A stretch of 64,000 bases of DNA, taken from an uncultured Gemmatimonadaceae bacterium. GTDB lineage: Bacteria; Gemmatimonadota; Gemmatimonadetes; Gemmatimonadales; Gemmatimonadaceae. The notes beneath the pieces are model-generated. The model was not told the DNA's origin. It was given only the letters and a program-made list of their open reading frames with translations, and did no database searches. Below are positions 34,887-47,503 of the stretch, piece after piece. Location: the NCBI GenBank assembly GCA_963829055.1, contig CAWHHI010000017.1, positions 1 through 64,000 on the forward strand. Direction: 5' to 3'. Every line of letters starts with the position of its first letter. The stretch's first letter is position 1. The position numbers were made by a program, and so were the translations under genes.

Positions 34887-35348
34887 ATGCTCGATGCGAT
34901 TCGTTCTCTGTTCAGTGCGAAGTCAGCGGATGCGAAAACGGTGGACGCCACGCCTAACGTCGACCCAGTGCACCTGGCGGCGTGCTCGCTGCTGTTGGAG
35001 GTCGCGTACGCGGACGGCGTCTTCTCTCCGGAGGAGCGGGCGCATCTCGAGCAGGTGCTGGAGCGGCACTTCTCGCTGCCGGCGGACTCGGGGCAGCTCC
35101 TGATCGAGCTCGCGGAGAAGGAGCGGGGTGGATCGATCGACCACTTCCAGTTCACGCGCGTGCTGAACGAGCGCTACGACGTCGGTCAGAAGATGGTGTT
35201 GGCCGAGGTGATGTGGGGGCTCGTGCTCGCGGACGGTGAGATCGCGGAGCACGAGCATTATCTGACGCGTAAGATCGCGAACCTGCTCGAGCTCGAGCCA
35301 GGCTATCTGTCGGCGGCCAAGGCGCGTGCAGCGGGTGAGTCTCTCTAG
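34887..35348 (+). CDS. TerB family tellurite-resistance-like protein
   Basis: LAACSLLLEVAYADG..EE; MWGLVLADG..HEHYLTRKIANLL. Confidence 0.9.
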   Translation: MLDAIRSLFSAKSADAKTVDATPNVDPVHLAACSLLLEVAYADGVFSPEERAHLEQVLERHFSLPADSGQLLIELAEKERGGSIDHFQFTRVLNERYDVGQKMVLAEVMWGLVLADGEIAEHEHYLTRKIANLLELEPGYLSAAKARAAGESL

Positions 35349-35395
35349 CTGGCTGCTGCGTGCTGCTTGCTGACATTCGGGATCGCTGTCTTGTC

Positions 35396-35538
35396 GGCGG
35401 GGGCGTCGCGTCTCCGGCGGCGTAGGCGCTTACACGCCTCGAGCCGACGGGTACCGAACTCCGTGTGAGGCTGAGCTGGCTCGGCCCCGTCGTCTCGGGG
35501 CTACGCGCTAACGCCGCCTACGACGCGACAGCCCCGCC
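35396..35538 (+). ncRNA. Candidate structured RNA/repeat element, family D, copy 1
   Basis: Closing stem GGCGGGGGCGTCGCGTC / GACGCGACAGCCCCGCC; core matches the reverse complement of 35746-35882. Confidence 0.5.
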
Positions 35539-35745
35539 TCCTGGTACGCATCCCGAACCGTCAGGACAAGCAGCGCGCAGCACCCAGCAAGTGCGCGCCC
35601 TAACGCGCGACGGCGCCCGCCCGCGAGCTGGGTTGCACGCACTTGCTGCACGCTGGTTGCTGGGCGCGCCGCTGAGCGGCGCGCGAAGCGGGGTCGCGAT
35701 GCGTGGGCGGTGACGAGCGGCCGGCCCCGGAGCGGCATGCCGTCG

Positions 35746-35882
35746 GGCGCGGGCGCTCGGCGCAGGCGGCGTCGCGCGTAGCCCCGAGAGCAACGGGGCC
35801 GAGCCACTCTCCCGACACGGAGCCGCGTGCCCGTTGGCTCGAGGCGTGCAAGCGGTGGCCGCCGGAGCCGAGTGCCCGCGCC
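35746..35882 (-). ncRNA. Candidate structured RNA/repeat element, family D, copy 2
   Basis: Different but still paired closing stem GGCGCGGGCACTCGGC / GCCGAGCGCCCGCGCC; shared core. Confidence 0.5.
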
Positions 35883-35937
35883 TAGCGCCGCGATGATCCG
35901 GACCAGCCCCGCGCGCACGGCGAGCACGCAGCAGCAG

Positions 35938-38900
35938 CTAGAGCTTCGCCTCCGCCGACTGCCGCCTGAGCTGCAGCACGCGGACGTTCGGATCGACCAC
36001 GACGCGCTCGGGCTTGAACGCACGTCCGAATCGTCACCGACTGCTTCTCCTTGCTGCCTAACGTCAACGACACGATCACGACCTGTACGGCTCGGCCGGC
36101 TTCCTGGCCTTCTTCGTCGTGTCCGACGGAAACCGCTCGCCCCGAACCGCCGCCATCTCGATGCGGCATCCGCCCCGTGCCGACGTTCTCGACCTCGGCC
36201 GTCGTCACCCAGCCGCCACCGGGCGCCGCGACGGTCTTCGCGTCGTGCACGCGATACTCCGGAACGACCACCGTGTCGAACCACTGGCGCACGAAATCGT
36301 CGTACGACGCCGTGTCGGGCGCATAACGCCGCATGTGCACCACGAAGTCGTGCAGCACCGGATGGTCCGGATTGCCGTTGTACGCCGCGATGAAGTCCTT
36401 CATGCCGCGCAGCGTCGGCTCGCGCCCCATCCGGTGCATGAGCATCCAGAACACCCAGCCGCTCTTGTCGTACGTGACCGTCTCGTCACCCGCCTTCGAC
36501 CCATCGAGCCGCAGGAGCTTGCGCTCCGCGTCCGCCTGACGCGTGATCGCCATAACGCGACTCGATGCGCTTGCGGAACTCCATCGCGTCGCGCTCGCCC
36601 TTCACCTGCTCGATCAGCAGCGCGGTCGAGAAGTGCGCCATCCCCTCGCTCAGGATGTCGCCGCTCGGTCCCTTCCCCGGCTGCAGCATGTTGCCCCACC
36701 ACTGGTGCGCCGACTCGTGCGCGGTCACGAGGAACGCCAGGTTCGTCTTCGGGTCGCTCTTCGTCAGGAAGCCGATGCCCTCCGAGAACGTGATGTTCGT
36801 CGGGAAGCCCTGCGCGTACGTCGCGAGCGCCGGGAACTCGCTGATCTTGAGCTCCTTCCACGGGAACGCGCCGAACCACTCGCCGTAGTACTTGCGCGCG
36901 GCGTCGAGCGCCTCGCTCATCTCCTTCACGTTGTACGGGTGGTCCGTCGTAGTAGTAGAGCGCCGTGCCGTTGCCGCGCTTCACCTGCCAGCGGCCGGCC
37001 ACGACGTTGAACGCCATGACCGGGTGGTCGCTCTTCCACACGACCGTGCGCCGTCCGTTCGACGTCGAGTCCGAGATCTTCTCGCCCACCGAGTTCGCCG
37101 TGAAGTCGGCCGGCGTCGTGATGCGGATCCGCGTCGTGGTCGGCAGCTCGCTGCCGAACGCCGGCTCGGTGATCCCCTCGTAGAAATCGTCGGGGTACTG
37201 TCGCGGCTCGTAGTCGTTCTTCCCTTCCTTGCGGCCGATCTCCTCGAGGTAGCCGACCGTCGGGAAGTAGCGCGGCGAGAAGCTCGTCATCACCACGCCC
37301 GACGGCACGCACGAATTCCCCCGCTCCGCCGCCGTTCTTGCGTCGCGCCCGTTTCCGTCCCCGTGTAGCTGAAGCCGAGACGCAGCGTGTCACCCGGCAT
37401 GAGCGGCTTGGGTGGCGTGAAGACGTGCAGCAGCGACGCGGTGTCGGGCGTGTACGCTACGCCGTTCATCGTCCACTTGAGATCACGCCACGACGGCGAG
37501 ATCGTGACCGGCACCTTGTCGCAGCTTCCGATCGTGCTTGTTCACGAGCACGTACGTGCCCTTCACCGTCCACGATCGCTCGTTCGGCTCGAGCACCGAG
37601 GTCCATGTCCACGTCCGGCGAGTGCGGGCACCGGGGCGTCCTTCCAGGTCGCGAGGTTCTTCTTCCAGTAGTCGCTTCGCCTTCTTGTCCGTCGGCCCGC
37701 CGTCGGGGCCATTCTCGATCTGGCGCCAGAGCATTCCGCCGGCGATGACCGGGACGAGCAGCGCCGGCGCCGCGCGAAGGAGCGACGTCCGCAGCGCCGA
37801 CGGCCGCAGTCCGATGCATGACGCGGATCGCGTCGCGGTCCTGTCGCGGGTACTGACGAATCGCGATCACGCAGGAAGAACGCGCCAAGCGCCGAGCACG
37901 AACAGGCGACTCAGCACGAGCGCGGTCCGGTCGATCTCGAGCGTGCTCATGTCGCTCCACCGCACCGCGTTCCACAGCGGCCAGTTGCCGAGCCAGTTCA
38001 GCTTGTTCGTCAGCGCGAGGTACGCCGTGTAGCCGAACGCGGCGAGCGAGACGCCGTAGGCCGAGAAACGGTTGCGCGTCACCGAATAGGCGGCGAATGA
38101 CGAACGCGGTCCACGCGAGGAACGTCGGGACGACGAGCCCACCCCAGACGAGCACGAACGGCAGCACGCTCGAAGCCGACGCGCCCCTGCACGAGCAGCG
38201 CGATCCAGCACGCGAGCAGGCACGCGACGCCGACGATGACGCCGATCGCGCACAACGCGACCACCTTGCCGATGACCAGCGCCGACGTGCGAATCGGCAA
38301 GCGCGTTGGCGATCGCGCTGAACCCGGTCGACCGCTCGCGCTCCATGCTCTCCACCGCGTAGAAGACCAGCAGGAGGCTGAGCAGCGTCGTCATGAACTG
38401 CATCTGCGTTCACGGCGAGCGTGCCCGGCGTGAGCAGCAGCGGCGTGTCGAACGCACCTAACGCCACGAGCGAGTTGCCGATGGTCTGGAACAGGATCAG
38501 CGGCACGAACAGGTAGAGACCCGGCTGGCTCCGAAGCTCGCGCATCTCCGAGCGTGCGACCTGCCACACCGTCTGCCAGAATCCGGCCGCGCGACGAGCG
38601 CATCCCGAGCTCCGCCAACGTGTCGACGCGACGCGGCACCGGCTGTCGCGAACTCACCGACGGCGGTCGGCTCGGCGACGCCCTTGCGCGGCTTTCACCT
38701 TCCCTGACTGACGCAGCGTCTGCGCGAACCGGGCGCCCGCCGGCCACCACCGCACCCAAGCCCGAGCAGCACGAGCGTCAGGCGACTGAGCAGGAACGGC
38801 GACATCGAACCCGATGCGCTGCGTGTTGTAGTAGTCCGCGCCACGATCGACCTTGAGGTACGTCTCGTTGAGCCAGCGCACCCCGCCGGGATCGATCAGC

Positions 38901-39574
38901 ATCAGCAGCCGGTTGATGCGGAGGTCCAGCCAGCTCGGCGACCAGTTCCAGAGGAAGAAGAACCCGCCGAGCACGAGCACGATCGGCAGCACGAACACGA
39001 GAATCGGCTTCCGCGTCCAGGCACCGAGCGCGAACGCGGCCCCGGAGATGAACACGAGCATCGGCAGCGCGAATCACGAGCGCCGGCCGCAGGTAGTTCG
39101 TCAGCACGAGCGGCCCGCGCGTCTCGGCCATCTCGGCGTTCGGGATCGCGTGGAAGAACAGCAGCATCAGCGCGATGACCGCGGCGAGCGAGCCCAGAGC
39201 GCCGTGACGAGCGTCGCGGCGTACTTCCCCGCAATGTACTCGCCCGGCGTGAGCGGCGTCGCGTGCAGCAGCTCGCCCGACGCGAAGCTCGCCATCGCGG
39301 ATGACGCTCATGCCCGCCGCCGCGGCGATGAAGAACGACATCAGCGTCGCGACCGTGATGGCGAGGATCTGTGCGGCGCGAACTCCGACGTGATGAACGC
39401 CTTCTTCCCACCGACGCGTCGCGTCGCCCGACGCGATGACGATCGAGACGTTGCCGGTCGAGAGGCCCCAGACGATGAAGCCGAACGACGAGACAGGCAG
39501 ATGTAGAACATCGGACGACGCGCGTTGAACGCCAGCTCGTTTCGCGCGACGAGCCACAACCGGCGGAGGCTCAT
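35938..39574 (-). CDS. ABC-2 permease (two membrane halves) fused to an M1 aminopeptidase (frameshifted)
   Basis: Two permease-like TM blocks; YAQGFP, AHESAHQWWG..LSEGMAHF zinc motif, YDKSGWVF. Confidence 0.85.
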
Positions 39575-40543
39575 CGCACCACCTCCCGGTCGGCGCCGAC
39601 GCGGCACTGACGTCCTGGAATACGCGCGCATCGCTCGGCACGGCAGAGCCGGCTCCGTTCTTCGCGTTAGGCCTGCCGTGCATGAGGACGAAGTAGGCGT
39701 CCTCGAGCGTCGGCACCGCCGGCTCGAACCCGGGCGGCGCCTCGCGACTCGGCTCGTGGATCCGGACGCGGTTCCGTCCTTCGACGAGCACGGCCTGCGT
39801 CACGCGCCGCGCGCGTCTGCAGCGTCGTCCAGCTCGGCCGCCGCGACCGCGCCCTCGAAGATCGTCCCGGCGAGCATGCGGCGCGCTTCCGTCGGTGACG
39901 TCTCCGCGACGACCTGCCCGTTGCGGATGACGGCGAATCGCGGGCAGAGCACGGCGACGTCCTCGACGATGTGCGTCGACAGCAGCACGGTGCGCTGTTC
40001 CGCGAGCTCGGCCAGCATGCGGTAGAAGCGGTGGCGCTCTTCGGGGTCGAGGCCGGCCGTCGGCTCGTCGACGATGATGAGTCGCGGGTCGCCGGCGACG
40101 GCCTGGGCGATGCCGAGTCGCTGACGCATGCCGCCGGAGTAGTCCTTGACCTTCCGCTTCGCGGCGTAGGCGAGGTTCACCCGCTCGAGCAGCGACGCCG
40201 CGAGCTTCCGCGTCTCCTTGCCGCTCGCGACGCCCTTGAGCTGCGAGCAGATACTCGAGCATCGCCTCGCCCGTGAGGTGCGGGAAGAAGCCGAAGTCCT
40301 GCGGCAGGTAGCCGAGCACCGACCACAGCGCGCTCGGGCTCGGCGAGCACATCGCGACCGTCGAGCGTGACGGATCCCGACGTCGGCTCGAGCACTCCGG
40401 CGAGGATGCGCATGAAGGTGGACTTGCCCGGCCCCATTGGGGCCGAGCAGCCCGAACATGCCGGTGCCGATGTCGAGCGAGACGCCCTGGAGGGCGGTGA
40501 CGGGGCCGGGATAGACCTTCACGAGGTTGCGAACGCTGAGCAT
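39571..40543 (-). CDS. ABC transporter ATP-binding protein (frameshifted)
   Basis: GPNGAGKS Walker A, YSGGMRQR signature, IIVDEPT, LSTH. Confidence 0.93.
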
Positions 40544-40796
40544 TGGCGGAGAGCGGAAAGGGAAGCCTGAGTCTACGGCGTGGAGCACGAGGCGCAACAG
40601 CTAGCAACTGCCGGCGCCGAGCTGACGGGTCAGACCCGAGTACGCTCGGTGCCGCGCTGTTGGTACCTGAACCTTCTGAGCCCGTCGCCTGTCTCACCTT
40701 GAAACCTTAGGTGAAGCGTCGCCGTTCTAGCCTAAGAACGTTATGTCTCGCGCCCATGCCGGCCTCCGTTCCCATGATCCTCCGATTCCGCAATCC

Positions 40797-41139
40797 ATGG
40801 CTGACCCCGATCTCGATCTGCTCCGCGGCACTCTCGATCTCCTGATCCTCAAGACGCTGAGCTGGGGTCCCATGCACGGACTCGCGGTACTCCGCTGGGT
40901 CGAGCAGGTGACCGAGCAGCCGGCTCCAGATCACCGAGGGCGCGCTGTACCCGGCGCTCCACCGGATGGAACAGAAGGGTTGGCTCGACGCGGATTGGGG
41001 TTATACCGACCGGAATCGCGAGGCGAAGTTCTACAAGCTCAACGCCGCCGGCCGGCGTCAGCTCACCGCGGAGTTCTCGAAGTGGTCGCGCTACACCGAG
41101 GCGGTGAACCTCGTGATCACGGCGCAGGGGGCGAGATGA
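40797..41139 (+). CDS. PadR family regulator (one frameshift)
   Basis: LLRGTLDLLILKTLSWGPMHG, EGALYPALHRME, FYKLNAAGRRQL. Confidence 0.9.
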
Positions 41140-43905
41140 GCGACGCGACTCGAAGGACAGGCCGGCCCAGGCTCTTTCGTCTGCCGACCGCGCGGCGACC
41201 GCCTCCGCGCGCGACATCGATCGCGAGCTGCGCTTCCACATCGAAGGGCGGATCGAGGAGCTGATCGCGCAGGGCCTACACGCGCGAGCAGGCGGAGCGC
41301 GAGGTCAGTGAACGCTTCGGAGACGTCTCGACCGTACGCGACGAGCTGCGAGGAGATCGACACGATGACACACCGGAAGACGCGAGCTCGGCGAATGGCG
41401 GAGCGCACTCGCGCGCGATTTCGGCTACGCGATTCGCGGTCTCGTTCCTTCGTCCCGGCGTTCGCCGCCGTCGTCGTGCTGACGCTCGGGCTGGGCATTG
41501 GAGCGACGACGGCCATCTACGCGCTGCTCGACGCCGTGGTTCTGCGGCCGCTGCCCTACCCTAACGCGGAGCGCCTGGTCTACATCGACCATCCCGTCCC
41601 GGGCGTCGAGACGAACGCGAATTGGCGCATGTCGCAGGCGGGCTACTTCTTCTTCCGCAAGAACTCCAAGCCGCTCGAGAACATCGCGCTCTTCAACCGC
41701 AGCGAAGCCACGTCTCGTCACGCGCGGACGCCGCCGAGCGCGTGCGGGCCGCGGCGGTGAGCGAGCAACTTCTTCGACGTCGTCGGCGCTCGGCCGTTCC
41801 TCGGCCGATCTTCACCGCTGCCGACAACCGACCTAACGCCCACCAGTCGTCGATGCTCGGGTACGACTTCTGGCGTCAGCGATTCAACGGCGATCCACGC
41901 ATCGTCGGGACGAGCGTCAACCTTGGCTCGGCGCCGTCGACGATCATTGGCGTGGCGCCGCCGAAGCTCGACCTCCCGGACTATCAGGTGCAGGTCTGGC
42001 GCCCTCTGGAGCTCGATCCGGACGCGCCGGCCGTCAACTCGCACTACCTCGACGCGGTCGCGCGGCTCGGCCCCGGCGTGACGGTGGCCGCGGCGCAGGC
42101 AGACGCGGCCGCCTGACGAGTCGGTTGCCCGAGGAGTCTTCCCTCGCGCCTACAGCCCCGGCTTCATGCGCGAGTCACGCTTCGCCGTGCTCGTCAGCGC
42201 CACTCCGTGACATCGGTGATCGGCGGCATGAGTCGCACGCTGTGGATCCTGCTCGCGGCCGTGTCGATCGTGCTGCTCATCGCCTTCGCGAACGTGGCGA
42301 ACTGTTTCTGGTGCGCGCGGAGTCGCGGCGGCGCGAGACTCGACGATTCGCACTCGCGCTCGGTGCCGAGCGCCTGCACCTCGCCGGTCACTACCTCTCC
42401 GAGAGCATTCTGCTCTCGCTGGTCGGCGGGGCGCTCGCCGTCGGCTCGCGTACGGCGCGTCCGGTTCCTCATCGTCCTCAATCCGTCGTCGGTTCCGCGA
42501 CTCGCCGAGCTCTCGTTCGGCTGGCGGCCGCTGCTCGCCGCGTTCGTCGCTGTCGTTAGGCGCCGGGATCGTGCTCGGACTGTTGCCGCTGACACGCCTG
42601 GCCGTCGACCGGCGACAGACGTGCCGACACTGCGCGAAGGCGGACGCACGCAGACGGCATCACGTCGGCCAGCTCAGCGCGCGCTCGGCGCTCGTCGTCG
42701 CGCAGATGGCGCTTGCGGTCGTGCTGCTCGCCGCGGCCGGGCTCATGCTGCGAAGCTTCCAGCGGCTCCGATCCGTCCAGCCCGGGCTCGAACGCGTCCG
42801 GGCGTGCTGACGTTCGAGGTCGCGCTGCCGTGGACGCGGTACGGCAACGCTCCGCGTGCCGGGGCCCGAGCGGCGTACCTGCCGTCGTTCCGCTTCTATC
42901 GCGAGCTCGCGCAACGCCTCGCAGCAGCTGCCCGGCGTGACGCAGCGTCGCCATGACGTCGGCGCTCGCCATCAAGGACGGCGATGGGTGCGCGCTCGTG
43001 TTCGCGAAGGGAACGCAGCTACACACGCGAGACCGCTCCCTGCGTCGGCGACTGTCATCGCTGGTCCGGGCTACTTCTCGACCTTAGGCATCCCGGTGCG
43101 CGGCCGGACGCCGACGTGGGCCGACGTCGAAGAGAAGAACGGCGCGGTCGTGGTGAGCAAGGCGTTGGCCGAGCACATGTGGCCCGGCGCAGGATCCGAT
43201 TCGGCAAGGAGCTTCGGCCTAACGGCGTCGGCTGATCCATGGTATCACGTCGTCGGCGTGACCGGCGACGTGCTGACGCGCGGCCTCGACCAACCGCCGA
43301 GCGAGATCGTGTACTACCCGATGGTGCCGATGGAGGGCGCGCCGCTCTGGTCGCCGCCGTTGCACGTGACCGTCGTGATCCGTACTCGCGCCGACGGACC
43401 CGTTGTCGCTCATGGCGCCTGTGCGTCGTATCGTGACGGCGCTCGACCGAGAGATCCCGATCGCCAACGCGCAGACGATGGAAACGATCGTCGCGACGTC
43501 GACGGCGAAGAGCGACGTTCGCGATGCTGCTGCTGGCGATCGCGGGCGGGATGGCGCTGGTGCTGAGCGCGGTCGGGATCTACGGCGTGATCTCGTACAC
43601 GGTGAATCAGCGTCGCGCGGAGATCGGCGTGCGGATGGCGTTAGGCGCGCACGCGTCGCAGGTCGGTCGGATGGTCGTGGGCCAGTCGCTGCGCGTGGCG
43701 GCTGTCGGCATCGCGATCGGACTCGCGGGCGCGCTCGCCACGACGCGCGTCCTGCAATCACTCCTGTTCGGCGTGAGCCCGACGGACCCGCTTACACTCG
43801 TCGGTGTGACGGTGCTCCTCACCACCCTCGGCGCGCTGGCAAGCTATATGCCCGGCGCGCAGGGCGACGAAGGTCGATCCGGTCGAGGTGCTGCGGAGGG
43901 AGTAA
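41136..43905 (+). CDS. ADOP-type duplicated ABC permease (frameshifted)
   Basis: [53 protein letters not shown]. Confidence 0.9.
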
Positions 43906-44045
43906 GGGACTGCACTGAGGAGCGCGGCGGCGAACGGAGGGACCTGCTGGGATGCCATCGCAGCCGTCACTCGCCGAGCGTCCGCGACTCGGAACGGCGG
44001 AACGCAGAGCGCTCTGAACGCGCAGACTACGCAGAAAACAACGTT

Positions 44046-44173
44046 TGTCATCCCGAGCGACAGCGAGGGATCTTCTCCAACGTCCTCATGGCCGGTCCGG
44101 CCACGATGACATCACAGAAGATCCCTCGCTGCGCTTCGCTGCGCTCGGGATGACACGCGTCCTCGGGATGACA
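44046..44173. repeat. REP-like element, family B
   Basis: TGTCATCCCGAGCGACAGCGAGGGATCTT...GCTCGGGATGACA plus an extra half-site. Confidence 0.85.
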
Positions 44174-44177
44174 CCAG

Positions 44178-44807
44178 CTAGAAACTGAACCCGAGCACCA
44201 CCGGGATGAACTTCGTCCTGTCCGGCGTCGTCGCGACCGAGACGTAGCGCGCCTCGAGGAAGAACGACGGACCAAGGCCGCCGATCGACAGGCCGATACC
44301 GCCGTTGTAACCAACGTCGGTTTGCTCATCGCGGAGATTCTGGAACTCGTCGATCGTGCCGCCGACGTCTTGCGACACACGACGATTGTACACGCCCACT
44401 CCGCCGATCAGGTATGGCCGAACGACCGACTGCATGAGCGGCAACACGAGATTCGCCGCCGCGCCCACGAGGTTCACGTTGCCCGTCACCGTGCCCAGGC
44501 CTTCAGACGGCAGCACGTCGTTCCCCACCTTTCGGATGAACGGGTTGTCGAGATCGCTCCGGCTCCAGAACAGCTCGCCGCGCAAGCCGAATCGACCCGT
44601 GCCAACGCCGACGAACCCGTTCGCCACGAGCCCGGTTTTCGCGCCGTCGGCGAATTCGCCATTGGGAAGATTCGCCCCAATCGATGCGCCAAAGCCGATG
44701 CCCGTCTTCTGCGCGGCGAGCGGCGACGTCGCCGTGACCAGTGCCATCAGCGCGACGCCGAACGTCGCGGCCGAGATGCGTGTAGGTATGCGTGTGCGTG
44801 CGTCCAT
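44178..44807 (-). CDS. Outer-membrane beta-barrel (OmpA-like/OMP_b-brl) protein
   Basis: Signal peptide, amphipathic strands, RPYLIGGVG, C-terminal Phe. Confidence 0.85.
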   Translation of the reverse strand: MDARTRIPTRISAATFGVALMALVTATSPLAAQKTGIGFGASIGANLPNGEFADGAKTGLVANGFVGVGTGRFGLRGELFWSRSDLDNPFIRKVGNDVLPSEGLGTVTGNVNLVGAAANLVLPLMQSVVRPYLIGGVGVYNRRVSQDVGGTIDEFQNLRDEQTDVGYNGGIGLSIGGLGPSFFLEARYVSVATTPDRTKFIPVVLGFSF

Positions 44808-44976
44808 GAAACTCGAGCTCCGGTATGCTGGGTGTAAAGGTGCGTCGTCCCGCGAGTGCAGCAACCACACCATCATGACCCCGGAGCGTCAAGTTGGTTC
44901 GGTCATCAATATGATCATCGAATGGCAGCGGTTGTAGTGTGACGCACCTCACATCGATACGGCCGTGCTTGCACCG

Positions 44977-45349
44977 TCACGGTCGCTGACCCGCCTCTTT
45001 CTCGCTCATCGCGGCGAGCGTTGCTGTGCCGGCCGATCGGATCATCCGCGCATAAACACCGAACATCGCGCAGATCTCGACGACCCGAACGGCTCGGCCT
45101 GCGTCAGCCTCAGCTCCGAAGCGGTCGTCGTCCGACACGCGGCACGGTGACGTTAGGCACGTCGGCGCCGATGAGCCGCGCGCCGCGCCGAGCAGCGGGA
45201 TGCGTCCATGGTCCCTCGAGCGAGATACAGATGCCGGACGGGCATTCACGTAGTACCCTGCCGTGGCGCCGCGCGTCACCCGACTCGGACCCGATCCGGA
45301 ACGGCTCGTCCCAGACATCTGCCCACGTCGTGACCAGGCATTGCATCAC
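44977..45349 (-). CDS. Possible small hypothetical protein (frameshifted)
   Basis: Two short overlapping ORFs that could join; no recognisable motif. Confidence 0.3.
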
Positions 45350-45437
45350 CGAGGTTCGGCAGTCAAAGTGAGACGAAGCGTCGCCGCGCGGCGACGCCTG
45401 ATCAGTCTATGCACGCCGCCCGGTCGGAGAGCGCCGC

Positions 45438-46723
45438 ATGTCGAACGGATCGAAGCGATCGAACGGATCGCATAGGGTGGCCTCGCGCATCTCGCATCGG
45501 ACGCTCGGGGTCATGGCGTGTCTCGTCGCCACACTCGGATGCGCGCACGCGCTGTCGGCACAATTCGCGTCGGCGATCGATCTCTCGTCGCGCGCCGCGC
45601 GGCCCGGCGCGGGCGAGTGGCAGAGCCAACTCGCCTTGTCGCCGTTCGCGCGCTTCGATCATCCACGACTGACGGTCGACGGGCGCTGGACGGCCATCGG
45701 CGGCGATGGACAGCGGTTGAACGGCTTCGGTAACCTTGGCGCCACCTACTTCTCGCCGACGCGCGGCGGACTCCAACTCTCGGTCGCCGGGTTCGCGGAC
45801 CGCGCGATGCTGAACGAGACATTCGCCGTCACGAGCCTCGGCGCGGACACTCGGCTCTCGTACCGCGCCGGAGCGTCCGGCGCGTGGCTCGGACGCGAAG
45901 TCATGCGGGACAACAAGCCTACACCCGTTTCGCCCGTGCCTCGAGTGTCGGCAGGCGGCTGGCATCAGTGGGGCGCCACAGTGTTGACGGTTTCGTTGTC
46001 GTCGTTCGAATCGCGCGAGGGCGCACGCGGACCGAGAACGTGGCAGGAGGTCAGAACGACATCGAGACCGTCGTCCAATCCGGGCGTCTCCGACAGCGGT
46101 CGCACGCTCGACACACTGACGTTCGGCGACAGCGGGAGCACAGGCACGCCACGCCGACTGGAACGACGCCGAGGTCGCGCTGCACTGGAGCGCGGGCCCG
46201 GTCGCGCTACGTGGCGTGGTCGGCACGCGTGTGTTCACGGCCCGTCAGCCTAACGAGACGTGGGGACAGGTGCAGGGCTCGCTGGCGTTCGCACGCGACT
46301 TCGCGCTCATCGCCGCAACAGGCGTGCATCCCGCGAGCGCCGCGTACGGCATCTCCGCGAGCGCGCTTCCTCGAGCTCGGATTTCGAGTAGCGCCAAGCG
46401 TGCTCCGGCGCCCGCGTCTGCCAACGGGCGTGCGTCCGGTCGCGGTGGCGTTCGCCGTGGAAGATCGCGCGAGCGGCCAGCGAACGCTGCGCATTCGCGT
46501 GCCGAGCGCACGAAGCGTGGAGCTGAGTGGTGACTTCACAGGCTGGAAACCGATCACGCTCACCCACGCGGACGACGATCACTGGGAAACGACGCTCGCG
46601 ATCGCACCCGGGATGCACCGTGTCGTTATTCGCGTCGATGGTGACGCGTGGACACCGCCGCCTGGTGTCTCGTCGGTGCCGGATGAGTTTCAGGGGACAG
46701 TCGGCGTCATCGTCATCAAGTAG
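45438..46723 (+). CDS. Exported beta-strand-rich protein with a C-terminal glycogen-binding (CBM48/AMPK1_CBM-like) domain (frameshifted)
   Basis: Signal peptide; C-terminal ARSVELSGDFTGWKP..W..L..APG.H....VDGDAWTPPPG..DEF. Confidence 0.8.
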
Positions 46724-46949
46724 ACGGCGTGCAGCGCGTATAGCTGCACGCTGGGCACATCTGCCGACGGCTGCATGCTGCGGCCGCACGCCGCGCAGCT
46801 ACCAGCCGTCGGTACATCACGCGCTGCCCGCCGTGCGAAAGCACCCAGCGTCACCCAGCAACAAGCACGAGCACCCAGCCACCAGCGCAGTTCTCAGTCC
46901 CCAGTTTCTCGTGACGATGCGATGGCATGCGGGGTTCAACTCCGTACCA

Positions 46950-47503
46950 ATGACGGATGCCACGCTCGTGCGCCGGGTGCTCGAGGGCGACACGGCCGCG
47001 TTCACGACTGCTCGTGGACCGGCACGCCGCGGCATGCACGCGGTTCGCAACGCGGATGCTCGGCAACCGCGAGGACGCCGAGGACGCGACGCAGGAGAGC
47101 TTTCTCCGAGCGTATCGGTCGCTCGCGCGCTACGAGGAACGACAGGCCTTTCGAACGTGGCTGTTCCAGATTCTCGTGAATCGATGCCGCACCGCGGCCG
47201 TTCGACGACAGCGCCGTCACCGTATGTTCCTCGTGGACGACAACGCGATCGCGTCGGCCAGCGTGCGACCGGCCGCCGACTCCACCGAGCTGCGCGCGGA
47301 GTTGCAGCGTGCCATCGACGCACTCGACCCCGACCAGCGCGAGGCGTTTCTCTTGAAGCACGTCGAGCAGCTCAGCTACGATGAGATGGCGGAGGCGACC
47401 GGGGTCGGCGTGTCGGCGCTGAAGATGCGCGTGAAGCGCGCGTGCGATCGAATGCAGTGGTACTGCTGGCGGCGAGGGAGAGGTGAGCGATGTCGGAACC
47501 TGA
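46950..47503 (+). CDS. ECF RNA polymerase sigma factor (frameshifted)
   Basis: DAEDATQESFLRAY, FRTWLFQILVNRC, LSYDEMAEATG..ALKMRVKRA. Confidence 0.92.

Noticed and set aside
34887..35348. Tellurite-resistance or defence island
   Set aside because: This is a single TerB-family gene with no other ter or defence genes nearby.
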